DNA from: Diplonema japonicum
Lineage: Eukaryota > Protista > Euglenozoa: Diplonemea
DNA: 64,000 bases
Direction of reading: 5' to 3'
Assembly (NCBI GenBank): GCA_964019335.1
Contig: OZ025739.1
Location: 335,133-399,132, forward strand
Each line of letters begins with the position of its first letter. Positions within the stretch are counted from its first letter, which is position 1. The notes beneath the pieces were generated by a model that was given only the letters and a program-made list of their open reading frames with translations, was not told the DNA's origin and did not search any database. The position numbers were made by a program, and so were the translations under genes. Below, in pieces: positions 50,834 to 62,324 of this stretch.

Positions 50834-52306
50834 ATGGCTTACTACCAGCAGGTGGGGATGGGGAAGTTCCAAATAGTTAAGTCAGTGTCCCTCGATGATG
50901 TGAATGAAGTGTCCCCTTTGAACCCCTTGAAGGGGGGGCGCAAGAAAAGACCACAGACGTTGCCGATGGATGGACTTTCAGCAGGGGGGAAGCGGAAGTC
51001 GCTGACGGAAGCATACTTTGATAATTTGGAGCACATGACGCATGGCAGCAGCAGAGAGAGCTTTAAGACAGAGGGCGAAGGAACCACGAACTGGCAGACG
51101 TTCTTGTTGGTGTTCAAATCCTTTATCGGGACAGGAGTACTGGTGCTGCCGAAGGCATTTGTGAACGGTGGAGTGCTTGCATCGTCGCTGTTCATGGTGT
51201 TCGTGGCAATGCTGAACACATACGTGATGATCAAACTGTCTATCACAAAGGACGTGGTGGGTGAGGGGAGGCTGCAGGACATCGGCAGGCTGGCGGGCGG
51301 GAAGTGGATGGAGTTGTGGGTGTCGTTCTCCGTTGTCTTCATCCAAGTGGCTGCTGGGTGCATGTACTTCATCTTCATGGGCTCCACCCTCTACTCTGTC
51401 ATCGAAGAACTGACCGGCTGCACCGACGCCATCCCAGAAAGCCTCTACTGCCTCCTTCTTGTTCCTTTCATAGCGCCTTTGGTTTGTATCAGAGACCTTA
51501 AGAAGCTCATGTACCCAGCTCTGCTTGCTGACGTCCTCATCGTCGGTGGCCTCGTCTACATCTTTGCCTACGCCATCTACCGTGTGGACGACGGCGGGCG
51601 GCAGGACTACGACCTCTTCAACGCCAACAAGTTCCCCATCTTCCTTGGAACAGCCTTGTTCTCCTTCGAAGGTGTCTGCCTCGTGCTCCCAATTAAGAGT
51701 GCGATGAAAGACCCCCTAGCATACCCCAAGGTTCTCATGAGCGTCATGATATGCCTCGCTGCAATCTACACAAGCTTCAGTGTGGCAAACTATCTCGCGC
51801 ACGGGAAAAACATGGAGACGGCCATCATTTTGGAACTCCCTAAGGGTAGTGTTCCCGTGTTGTTGGTCCAATTGGCATACGTCCTTGCCATCGGCTTCAC
51901 CTTCCCGTTGCAGTTCTATCCTGCTGTGCAGGTGTTGGAAAATTTAATTTGGAAGCCGTTGCCGCCACTGTCGGACGAGGTGCTGCCTGTTGCGGTTGTC
52001 GCGAAGCAAAACATGTTCCGCGCGGTATTGACCACCTTGGCAGCCGTCATTGCGATTGGGGGCTCCACGAGCTTCGACAACTTCACAGCTCTTGGAGGTG
52101 CTCTGTGCTCGATGCCGCTTCTCTTTGTGTTCCCTCCCTTGTTTCATTACCTGCTTGTGCCGCACCTCACGATGGCGGAGAAGGTAATCGACATCACCAT
52201 CACTGTGATGGGTATCATACTCACGCTGGGCACCACAGGCTGGACTCTCAAGACGTGGATCGAGGGCGATGATGACGACAGTAATAGTACCTGTGTCCCC
52301 TTCTAG
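50834..52306 (+). CDS. Amino acid/auxin permease family transporter (SLC36/AVT3-4-like)
   Basis: FKSFIGTGVLVLPKAF.NGG, LGTALFSFEGVCLVLPI..AMKDP, TFPLQFYPA; about 11 hydrophobic segments. Confidence 0.92.
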   Translation: MAYYQQVGMGKFQIVKSVSLDDVNEVSPLNPLKGGRKKRPQTLPMDGLSAGGKRKSLTEAYFDNLEHMTHGSSRESFKTEGEGTTNWQTFLLVFKSFIGTGVLVLPKAFVNGGVLASSLFMVFVAMLNTYVMIKLSITKDVVGEGRLQDIGRLAGGKWMELWVSFSVVFIQVAAGCMYFIFMGSTLYSVIEELTGCTDAIPESLYCLLLVPFIAPLVCIRDLKKLMYPALLADVLIVGGLVYIFAYAIYRVDDGGRQDYDLFNANKFPIFLGTALFSFEGVCLVLPIKSAMKDPLAYPKVLMSVMICLAAIYTSFSVANYLAHGKNMETAIILELPKGSVPVLLVQLAYVLAIGFTFPLQFYPAVQVLENLIWKPLPPLSDEVLPVAVVAKQNMFRAVLTTLAAVIAIGGSTSFDNFTALGGALCSMPLLFVFPPLFHYLLVPHLTMAEKVIDITITVMGIILTLGTTGWTLKTWIEGDDDDSNSTCVPF

Positions 52307-53157
52307 TTCACAGCCTGCCAGGTGACCCAGTGCTCCCTTATCTTCTCTTTCCTCATCATAGTCTTTCTCTCTCTTTACGCTCCGGTTATTTCTTTCTTTG
52401 TTTCACTTTCGCTCTCTCAAAAAGTTATTATGCTTCTTGGAGGCTTGATTGTTCCCCACCCCCTTTTTTTTATACTCGTACTTTTATTGTTATGCTGTCC
52501 TTGAGGACATGCAGGGTTGTTGGGTGTTGTGATGAGCTGCTTGATCCTTTTGTTTTTTTTAAAACCAGGAGAAGCCTGTCGCGTTCGAAAAGTATCAGAA
52601 GAAAAAGAAGGGGGAAAAAAAAAAACAAATTGGAATGAGGGAAAAAAAAAAGGAAAAAAAAAAACGATAGACAAACGAAACGCTCTTTCTCATGACATGC
52701 TCTGCCCGCAACGGTCTTCATGGTCTTGGCAAAGCGAATAATGAGGTGTTTTCTTCACATGCGTGTGAGTGTGCCAACCTGTCGTAAGACGTAGGTTGAG
52801 GCCGCGTGGGTCACATCGGAGGCCTTCAAGGGGGAAAAAAAAATGCAAAATGTATCGAAACCTCGATGGAGTTCTTTTGTTTCACCCACCTTTTTTTTTT
52901 TTTCATCTAGCCAAAAAAAAAAATTGAAAACCAAGAAGGAAGAAGAAAAAAAAAGGAAAAAAAAAAAAAACGAATAGTCCGAGAAAAAAAAAATCGAGCA
53001 AATGGTTATATTTTTAGTCTCTTTTTTTTTTTTTGCTGTTGTGTCTTAATATTATATTACCCGTCGTGCTTGTTATGTTAATTGCTTTCCCCCCCCTGCT
53101 CTACAAGAACGTAGCGATCACATCACATGACAGGTCATCGCAGGTCATCAGTCACTT

Positions 53158-53415
53158 ATGGAAGACGAAACCGAGACCTTTGGAGAGTCGGTGGTCCAGC
53201 TGGCGTTGGAAGAGGACGAGTATGTTAACGGGGCAGAGAGTAGGGCATCAGCAGAGAAAGGGGCAGGGTTGGAAGGAAATGAAGGGCTTATGGCAATGGC
53301 CCAGATGATGATGGGACCCATGAAGACCTGCGAAAGATGTGGAAAGGAAATCGCTGAGAACATGTCCAGTGAACACGCATCCACTTGGTGTAGCGGCTTG
53401 AAGAGCTCGTGGTAG
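53158..53415 (+). CDS. Small acidic protein with a C-terminal C2HC (UBZ-like) zinc finger
   Basis: CERC-x11-H-x4-C; GC-richer coding island between homopolymer spacers, with CAG acceptors just upstream. Confidence 0.55.
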   Translation: MEDETETFGESVVQLALEEDEYVNGAESRASAEKGAGLEGNEGLMAMAQMMMGPMKTCERCGKEIAENMSSEHASTWCSGLKSSW

Positions 53416-53708
53416 ACCAGTTCACCATTGAATTCGCATTCGCTGATCCAGTTTCCCCCCGTTGACACATTCATTTTCCTTTTCTTTTTTGTTCTATTTT
53501 ATTCGCTCCACTTTTTTTTTTCTCTATTCCCTTCGTTTTCATATTCCTGTTCGATACAGGGCAAACCATCGGGGTTTACAACTTACAAAAAAGTTAGTTA
53601 GTATCTATTTTTAATTTTTCTTCTTTTTCTTTTTTTGGTGGGTAGTAGCGAAACACGTCTCCCCCATCATAGTGAAAATTCATTTGGAGTAATTTTCTTT
53701 TCCCCTCG

Positions 53709-53743
<35 letters not shown>

Positions 53744-53919
53744 TGAGCCTGCACATTGAATTTTTTTTGTCGAGTTTTTATTTTATCCCCCCCCTTGAGA
53801 CAAAACTCTTCCCTTTTCTATATGGTATTCACTTTTACTTTTTTTTCTTATTCCTTCTTTTTTTTTTTTTGGCCGTTTATCTTCACGTTATTGACAGGTT
53901 TACCAAGAGAATAAAGAAA

Positions 53920-54275
53920 ATGGATGACCCGGTCCACCCGAAGCCATATCTGCAGGACCTGGCAGGTAAACACATAGTTGCAAAATTAAAGTGGGGACAC
54001 GAATATAGAGGGCTGCTGGCGTCTGTTGACGCGTACATGAATTTACAGCTGGCGAGGTTTGTGGGGGGCTGAAATAAAAAAAAAAAAAAAAAAAAAAACA
54101 AGATGCGAAGAATGGATTGATGGAACTTTCTCGGGGCAGCTGGGTGATGTTTTGATAAGGTATGCTGCACTCACCGTGAGCCCCACACTATCCACGCAGG
54201 TGTAACAACATATTATATGTGAGAGGTATTCCTGAAGATGAAGAGGACATCGACGCAAAGGACGAGGAGGACTAA
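53920..54275 (+). CDS. SNRPF: Small nuclear ribonucleoprotein SmF
   Basis: Exons 53920-54056, 54103-54159, 54200-54275 give [74 protein letters not shown]... Confidence 0.95.
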
Positions 54276-54530
54276 ACACCATCAGGTGTCTGGATCAAGT
54301 GTCGGCTATTCGGCTGCCCCGCCCAACATCACTTATCCCCTTAGTAGTGTGTTTTTTTTTTCTTTCTCTTTTTTTAGCAAAGCTTTTTTGTTGACCTAAT
54401 TAATGAAGAAGAAAATGGAGGGGAAAAATGCACCCCTCCCCCCCCACCCATTTTCTTTTTTTGGAATTTTTTAATTTCTGTTTCCGTCCACGCAGCATTA
54501 CCATAGGGATGGGCTTGAACTACACCTAAA

Positions 54531-56465
54531 ATGACATCAAAGCATCCCTCGCCTCCTTCGGGCGGGATAAAGGTGGTGAGTAACTTCTCACAGCGCAGGG
54601 CTAACCTAACAACCCCCCCAGCGCCGAGCAAAAGGCTGAACCATGACTTGGCAGAGGTGAAGAAAAGGGGCGTGGGGAGCGCGCCTTCCAGCAGTGACCA
54701 AGCGGCAAGGAAACCGGACAAGCCCATCCGAGCAAGGGGTCTAAGGAAGAAGGACACATCTCCTTCACCTCCGTTGGCGCCTATGGCCAACCCCGTGAAG
54801 GGCTTCACACTGCAGGAAGAAGAGGAGGAATTGAATAGGATGGCAATGATGAAGCAGCTAGAAAGAGAAGTAGGAATGACCCTTACGAGGCAGGAGGCTA
54901 ATGTGATCATGCGGACGCGCGCCGTCGCAGCACAGGAAACGGAGACACGCAGCCTTCTGAAAGGTGAAGAGAAGAAGGAGTTCGATGCGCTGCTGGCCAC
55001 TACCAGCTCCCCGCGGAGCTTGCCCTGTGACAACTTGCTCTTCGACGTTGAAGATAAAGGAAGGGCCACTGTTGTGCTAGATGAAGCAAATGCTAGAGGC
55101 CAACTGACAACACAGCACACCATGTATACAAGAGTGGCTAAGTTCTCGAAGATGAAACCCGACACGCTCGACACACGGCCTACATCTGCCACGGCACGGT
55201 TTGTAAAGACAGAGAAAACACTTGGGAAGGGAGCCTTTGGGACGGTGTTCGAAGGCTACGACGAGGAGACGGGGAGGTTTGTCGCAATCAAGGAAGTTGT
55301 GTTTGCAGGCAACAGCGGCTGCACAGAGCAAAAGCTCCAAAAGATCACACGTGAAGTGCGCCTCATGAAAAAGCTCGACCACCCACATATCGTGAGGTAC
55401 ATCGCAGCTGATAGGAAGGGCTTCACGCTGTGTATCTACATGGAGTTGGTCTCGGGGGGCTCCCTCACCAGTGCACTGGTTGACCTTGGCACAAAAGGTT
55501 TCCCAGAAAAGACAGCCAGAGTCTACACGAGGCAAATCTGCGCTGGCTTGGCCTACCTGCACAGCATGGGTGTCGCGCACAGAGATATCAAAGGTGACAA
55601 CATTCTTCTCGAAAAGGCCACAGCGAATATTAAACTTGCAGACTTCAACAGCAGTAAGCAGATTGGTGACCTTAGCATCAACCACGGCATGAACACCCTT
55701 GCGGGGACACCGTGGTACATGGCACCTGAGGTGATACAAGGGGCTAGCTATGGGCTGCCTGCGGACGTGTGGTCATTGGGGATTACTGTGATTGAGATGC
55801 TGCTGGGGCAGCCTCCTTTCGTCAACGACTTCGAGAATCCACACGCTGCCATGTTCCACATTGCACAGCTGCAGGATCCGTATCCGCTTTCACCGGAGCT
55901 TTCACCGTTGGCTTGTGACTTCCTCGGCAGTGCTATTGTCAGGGAGCCAGCACAGCGGCACACAGTCGACGCCCTGATCAAGCATCCATTCGTGGCAGAG
56001 CTCTCGTCACCCAAAAAAGCGACTCCCAAGTTGCAACCTGTGATGCCCACGGTATGAATGACAATATCTGTTTAACCACAAACAGGGCAACCCAGGCAGT
56101 CCCCGGCACCGTACCGGGTATGAGGCGCCTTCTTTGGAGGGCTCGCTGAACGGGAGAAGCAAGTTACCATCGCTGCCTATCCGGGTATGAAGTGGAAACG
56201 TACACCACACCAAGTAACACAGAGCTCGGGATCAGATTTAAACCTTTCGAGGCGGGGCAGTGGCGACAACATGTTCTCAAGGGCCAGGAAAGATCCCCTG
56301 CAAGATCTACCAAGGGCGAATTATACCCCTTCGCCCACACACTTAAGGTCCAGTGCTAAGCAGCTGCTCGAAGCCAGGCTTATCACTGCGCTGGAGTACG
56401 AGAAGCGGACACAGCAGCAGCAGTCACTCCAGGTTGTAAACGCTTCGTTGGGGACTTTGAATTGA
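54531..56465 (+). CDS. STE11/NPK1-like MAP kinase kinase kinase
   Basis: LGKGAFGTV, VAIKEV, IYMELVSGGSL, HRDIKGDNIL, GTPWYMAPEVI, ADVWSLGITVIEM, AAMFHIA. Introns 56052-56085 and 56185-56222. Confidence 0.88.
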
Positions 56466-57987
56466 TCGGTGCAGTCCGTTAACGATGGTGGAAAAGTCTT
56501 CAGACCAGAAGGCCTCTGATCGCCTTGGAGTGAGGTATTAGCGGGCCCGACGGCCATGGCTATGACAAGATATCACTTTTCTCCTCGAGCCAAACTGCCC
56601 TACCTAGCACGACCCCACGTAATGTTTTTGTCCAAATGCTGCTCATCTCATTGTCATTGCCACCGCAGGCGCAGTACGGTGACTGATTAATGTGCTTCTT
56701 GAACAGTGACCCCCTCTGCACACGATTTCTTTCTTTCTTTTTTTTTTTTGCATTCGTTTAGTTCCGTTCAAGCATTAGAGCAAAGCTTTGAAAGGCTTCG
56801 TGTCATCTGTACAGGTGGCAGTATAGGAAATAGGTAGCTGCCTAAACGCGAGTTGTGTTTTTTTAGGTGGGCACTTTTACCCCATCGGTGAATATTTTGT
56901 TTTTGTACCCCTCCCGGAGTTTCCCCCTGTTTCTGCTCCAATTCCTCTCCTTTGCTTTTGAGCCAGGCGCCTCAAGCACCTTGTTAATCAAGTTTAGGTT
57001 GTAAAGGAAGGAATGCAAAACGGAACAGAAAAAGGGGAAAAAAAAAAAAAAAGAAACGGGGAAAAAAAAAAAGCTGGAGTTTTAGTGAGGTTGTTAGCGT
57101 GACAGACAAGGCGTGAAAACAAGGTGGTTTTATTTTTTTACCCCCTCTTAATTTTTAACTTTCATTCTCCAGATCTTTTCATTTGCCTTTCTGGGTGAGA
57201 AACAGAAGTGGTGTGAATACACACTTGGGCACCGGGATTCGCGATGAATAAAAAGAAAACCTGGTCGAACGAACGCTTGGTTTACTGGACCTGAATGTGT
57301 TAAGTTAAAATTGAGATGAGTACCAATACAATCCATCTACAGAATAAAGTTAGAAATAGAATGAAAGTTAACTCATATCTCTGAAGTCTCACGCAAAATC
57401 AAGAAAAGTCCAAGGGGTTCAGGGTGCTAGCGCTTCTGTTTTAGCATGCTAGCTTCAAAAAGGTAAATAGTGCTTCTGTATCACTTTAGAGATATGAGGG
57501 AAACTGTTTGAAGAATTTATCTCCAAATCAGGGAAACAATATGGTCCATCTGTTGAAAGTTGTCTTCAATCCCTCTTTCTTGCAGCCCTCTATTTTGCAT
57601 GGAACCAAGCTGAGATTCTCTGTTGGCACAACAACAGAGATGGAACGTATGATTTAGGTTCCTTACTGTCTTTTTGTTCAGCAGCATTTTCCTCTTAGTT
57701 ACCCTTTGTGGGCACTTCAGCGGACGAACTTACATTGAAAAAAATATGAAGATAGGTATTTTCTCACCGCCCCCCCTTTTTTCCTTATTTTATTCCACCT
57801 TCTTTGATTTCGAAGAAAAGACACATTTCTTTTTTGGACTTTTTACCACTTTTTATTTTTCTCTCTTCCTTTTTTAGTTTCAGTTATGGTCTTTCTCCTT
57901 TATTTTTTTATTTCTTAAGCTGCCATCTACAGCGTCATGCTTTCCTTTCGCAATGTCACCCTCAGAGGTTTGAAACAAGCAAGGAAA

Positions 57988-59974
57988 ATGGCAACCAGCA
58001 CCGCTACCGAAGTTCAGGTATTAAAACCATAGATAGCACGCACCCACCACAGACGTTCATCGATAAGATGAACACGGACTATGACAAGCTGCACAAAGAT
58101 TTCGAGGACAACTTTTGGTCGACCAAAATGTACTTGAAGGGAAACAGCGGTGATGAGCTGACGAGGACGAAGAATGTGTACGAAGCCTTCCTGAGGGACA
58201 GGGACAATCTCGCGGCCGTGAGGAGCCACATGGAGAGCTCTGCGGCGACAGATGAACATAAGAGAATCCTTAAGTGCATGGAGCGCACCTTCCTGTGCTA
58301 CCTCATGGAGTCCGACGAGGCAACGAAGCTCAAGGAAGAGCTCACGGGGCTCGAGTCAGAACTCGAAATGGAAAGGAACGCCATGAAACTGGGCTACACG
58401 GACCCCAAAACCAACGAGTTCAAGGAAGCCTCGTCCGTCCTGCTGCGCACCACGATGTCCACCAACGACGATGAATCCTTGCGCAAAGCGTGCTATGAAG
58501 GGATGAGGAGCATCAGTTCTTTCGTGGCCCCCAAGCTTGCACAGATCGCCAAGATGCGCAACAAGATCTCCCGTTCCAACGGATACGAGGACTACTACGC
58601 CTACAAGATCCAGGTCGCTGAGGGCTTCGGAAAGGAAAGGTTGTTTGAGATCCTTGATGACCTTGAGCAGAGCACGAGGCCCATCCTCGAGAAGGCAAGG
58701 GCCAAGCTTGCCAAGGAGAAGGGTGAGGCGGCACTTGAACCCTGGAACATGAGGTACACAATCTCCGGGGATGTGATAAAGCAGATGGACCCCTACTTCC
58801 CCTTTGAGGAGTCTGTGAGTGCTTGGGCCCGCTCCTTCGCAGCAATGGGCATCGAGTACAAGAAGTCCGTTATGAACCTTGACCTGTGTGACCGTGACAA
58901 GAAGTACTCGAACGGCTTCTGTCACTGGCCGCAATGCCCGTACACTAAGAGCGACGGTACAGTCATCCCATGCGTTACTAACTTCACTTCTCTGGCAGTG
59001 CCTACCGCAGTGGGATCAGGGCACACCGCGCTTGCCACGCTGATGCACGAGGGTGGCCACGCTGCTGCCTTCGCCAACATCGACCAGCCCTCGCCTTTCT
59101 TCGCTCAGGAAAGGCCGCCCATGTCCGTTGCCTACGCAGAGACGCAATCTATGTTCCTTGACTCTCTTGTCAGTGATGCTGCATGGCTCGGGAGGTACGC
59201 AACCTCAAAGGAGGGTACTGTGATCCCGTGGGATCTCTTGAAGAAGCAGAAGGAGCTCACGCACGACTACAGGGTGTTTGCCGTGAGGTCCATGCTCATC
59301 GTGCCCTACTTCGAGAAGGCCTTGTACGAGCTCCCTGAGGAAGAGATGACCTCTGAGAACCTTCAGAAGATCGCTGATGAGATCGACATGAAACTCTTTG
59401 GTGGGATGACGGCCAGGCCCTGCCTCAGCGTGCCTCATATCCTTGCTGACGAGTCGTCGTGCTACTACCAGGGGTATATCCTTGCTGAAATGGCTGTGTT
59501 CCAGACAAGGAACCACTTCCTTAACAAGTACGGCTGCATCACTGATAACGACCAAATCGGGAAAGATCTGGCTGAGACCTACTGGAAGCCTGGCAACAGC
59601 GAGGGCTTCTTGGATCTGGTGCAGAAGATGACTGGGAAGCCGCTTCTTGCCGAAGACATGGTGAACGATCTGAAACAAGATTTGCAGGAGAATGTATGGG
59701 AGTTGAATGATTTAAACACACAAACAGCTTGCGAACGAGGAGAAAGATTACAAGGAGGCGGTGAAGGCTGGTCCCAAGTACACCAACGAAGACGTCACAA
59801 AGCTCCTCAATATGAGGATGAGGCTGGTGCACGGTGATGACTGCATTGCTGACACTGAGGTGTGTGTTTTTTTTTTTTTTTAATGTTAACTTACACTAAC
59901 AGAACCTGAGCTTCTTTGACGCATGCAAGAAGTACAAAGATTGGATCGCAACTGCTTTCCCCAAAAAGGACTGA
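57988..59974 (+). CDS. Peptidase family M3 (oligoendopeptidase-like) zinc metallopeptidase
   Basis: DLCDRDKKYSNGFCHWP, LMHEGGHAA (HExxH), YAETQSMFLD, PHILADESSCYYQGY. Exons 57988-58017, 58053-59693, 59728-59859, 59903-59974. Confidence 0.9.
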
Positions 59975-60399
59975 GAAAAAATTTTTTTTTAAAAACCACT
60001 GCTCTCCGCATGGAGAGCACCAACGTTGTCATTATTAGCTATTTGTCACAAGGTTTTCCGATCTTTCGAAAAATAAGCAAATGTTTCTTGGTACAAGGAA
60101 ACTTAAACTTCTTTTGACACGAAGTTGTGACAAAGAGCGAAGGACAGAAATTGACCATATATTTATTATTAGCTCCTATATAGGTGTTTGTGCCTTTTTG
60201 CTTTCAATCTGCCTTTTGCTTTTTCTAACCTTATTTTTAGAGTTAAAGCAACCTTCTCAGAAAAAAAAAGAAAAATGGTTTGGTGGGTTTCTAATTTTTT
60301 TTGGATCCTTTTGGGGGTATTTAGGGTTTTTTTTTTTAAAAAACAATTTAATATAAATGCAACACCTCCCCCCTTTCTTTATGACTTTATCTTATTACC

Positions 60400-61369
60400 A
60401 GTTGAAGACGTACATCCCGCATCAAGGTTACAAAGGTTGGTTATGTAGTGCCACATCAAGGGTTATCCTTCTCAGGTTCCGTGAGAACGGAAGGCAAAGG
60501 TTTGGGGTAAGAGAGGTGGCGGCGGTGGCTGATTCGATGATGCAGCTCAGGAGGTTTCTCACGTGGCTGATTCGATGAAGAGGTGATAACTTGCAGCTCA
60601 GGTCTTTGCGGGACACCTTCAACATGGACTCGACAGGAGTAGGTGGAGGAGGTGGGGGGTCTTATGGTACTTGACTGGGAAACCAATAGGAGCAGGTGGT
60701 GGTGGTGGGTACTGATGAAGAACGGGTTGCATGAAGCTCGGGATCTTTGCAACGTGATAGGTGATGAGGTGATCAACTCAATGGGATCAATTGTGTTAAA
60801 CGATCAGTACACACTCCACAGCCACTCCATCACTGGTTACACCCGTCTAGTCTTCGCGTCCCCGAAGGCCACGTTATAGGAGAAACTTCGAACACATTGC
60901 ATCCTCAACATCGCGCCCAAGCTGAGCAGAGTCCTGCAAGAAAAACGCTGTGCTTAAGGCGGGAGAAGGAGCGAATCAATGCTCAGCCCTTGACCGGGTG
61001 TGGTATGCAGCTTTCCAGCTGGGGGAGTCCGGGAATGCACCATCTCCACTTTGATTTGTGTCCCTGGGAGCTAAAGTGGACACAACAAGAAGATACGGAG
61101 AGATAGGACACGGCCTATGTAAGGCGTTGCAATCTCTTCTTTTGTAGACCAGTGCCCGCCCTGCAGACTCGTCATCAAAGCGGGCAGAGTGCCACGTCTG
61201 CGTCGAATGTGGTGCCCTTAGATGTGGCATACACCTTTGAACTCTGATAATGGACCTCAGCAAGCTGTTTGCGATAAACAAACTGAAAAGCTGTAGCCTA
61301 TCTATGTCGCCGTTCGATGTTGCTGGACCCCTGTACCATGACATTTCTTGGCCGGTGGATATTTGCCCC
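60400..61369 (+). pseudogene. Decayed coding-like sequence of unknown origin
   Basis: Coding-like composition without homopolymers; a frame continues through stops (..ASPKATL*EKLRTHCILNIAPKLSRVLQE..); internal duplication near 60525-60602. No family recognised. Confidence 0.35.
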
Positions 61370-61406
61370 CCAACGATTCTAAAGCTACAGTTTTTGTACT
61401 TTATTG
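61370..61406 (+). other. Spliced-leader exon copy 1 (first 2 nt missing, one substitution relative to copy 2)
   Basis: CCAACGATTCTAAAGCTACAGTTTTTGTACTTTATTG; ends in the euglenozoan SL core ACAGTTTCTGTACT(A/T)TATTG. Confidence 0.88.
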
Positions 61407-61909
61407 GTCGTTCGTGTTCCTGCTGGTGCCTGCCGCCTCTGCCTGGGTTTGCCGCTGCGTCCGTCGTCCGGGGGGGTTGTTTTGCCTGTCGGCCTGCCCG
61501 CCGCTTACCGAAGGGATCCCCTCCCCCCCAACACACACTTTTAAAAAAATAAAAAAATAAAACGGAACGCAAGAGGAGGTGACCATGCAAACCGCAGGGA
61601 GAAGGAACCCCGACAGGCCGCCAGGCTGCACACGACGCCTGGGCCGACCCAACCAGGTTGGGCAGTCTTATGAATCCCCACCCCCCAGCCCCAGATCCCC
61701 CCACCCCCCTTTAGAAAAAAAAAATAATAAAATAAAAAAATCACAAGTAGATTTTCTTTTGTGGTGATGTGTTTTTCCTGTTTTTGATTTTCTTCTTCCC
61801 CCGCTCTATGCTTTTTCGCATGGACATTGGTCACTCTGCCCCTTTCCCCTTTTTGATTTCTCCCTCTTTCCCCCTCCTAAATTTTACCCCCTGCCCCACT
61901 CGTTCCTCC
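61370..61909 (+). mobile_element. SL-headed repeat element, copy 1 (module A 61370-61750 plus module B 61752-61909)
   Basis: Collinear with 62287-62913; similarity begins exactly at the SL 5' end and the upstream flanks are unrelated. Confidence 0.7.
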
Positions 61910-62285
61910 GTTATCTGCGGAAGATGGGTGTTGAAGAGGTCGACCTGCAGTCAGCGGTGGTGACGGTCCCGGGGTTGTTCGAGGACGTCTCCTTTGAGAG
62001 GTACCTTGGGCTGTTGGCCCGGAAGAAGGAGGAAGACAGGGAGAGGCGGCCTGAGGTGGTTGCCACTGACCTCCCCACCCTGGAAGAGCTGAAGTGGAGC
62101 AAGAAGGACAAGAAGCGGGCCCGGGCCCGATCGGCCAGTACTGACTCGGATTGTGTGGAGGGTGGCTACATCTATCTGAAGGGTACGGGGGCGGATGGCA
62201 CCGTCCAGGCCAGATTGGAGGAGTGGGAGAAGGGAAATTACATGGCTCTCTGGAATAAGCTGGAATCAGGTGAGAAGGGGGAACC
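61910..62285 (+). mobile_element. Fragment of a CRE/SLACS-like non-LTR retrotransposon ORF
   Basis: ARLEEWEKGNYMALW fits the RLxxWxxGxxxxLW motif I recall upstream of the RT domain in CRE-like elements; the frame runs abruptly into the SL copy. Confidence 0.5.
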
Positions 62286-62324
62286 TACCAACGATTCTAA
62301 AGCTACAGTTTCTGTACTTTATTG
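62286..62324 (+). other. Spliced-leader exon copy 2 (39-nt span)
   Basis: TACCAACGATTCTAAAGCTACAGTTTCTGTACTTTATTG, against the diplonemid SL as I recall it: AACCAACGATTTAAAAGCTACAGTTTCTGTACTTTATTG. Confidence 0.92.
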
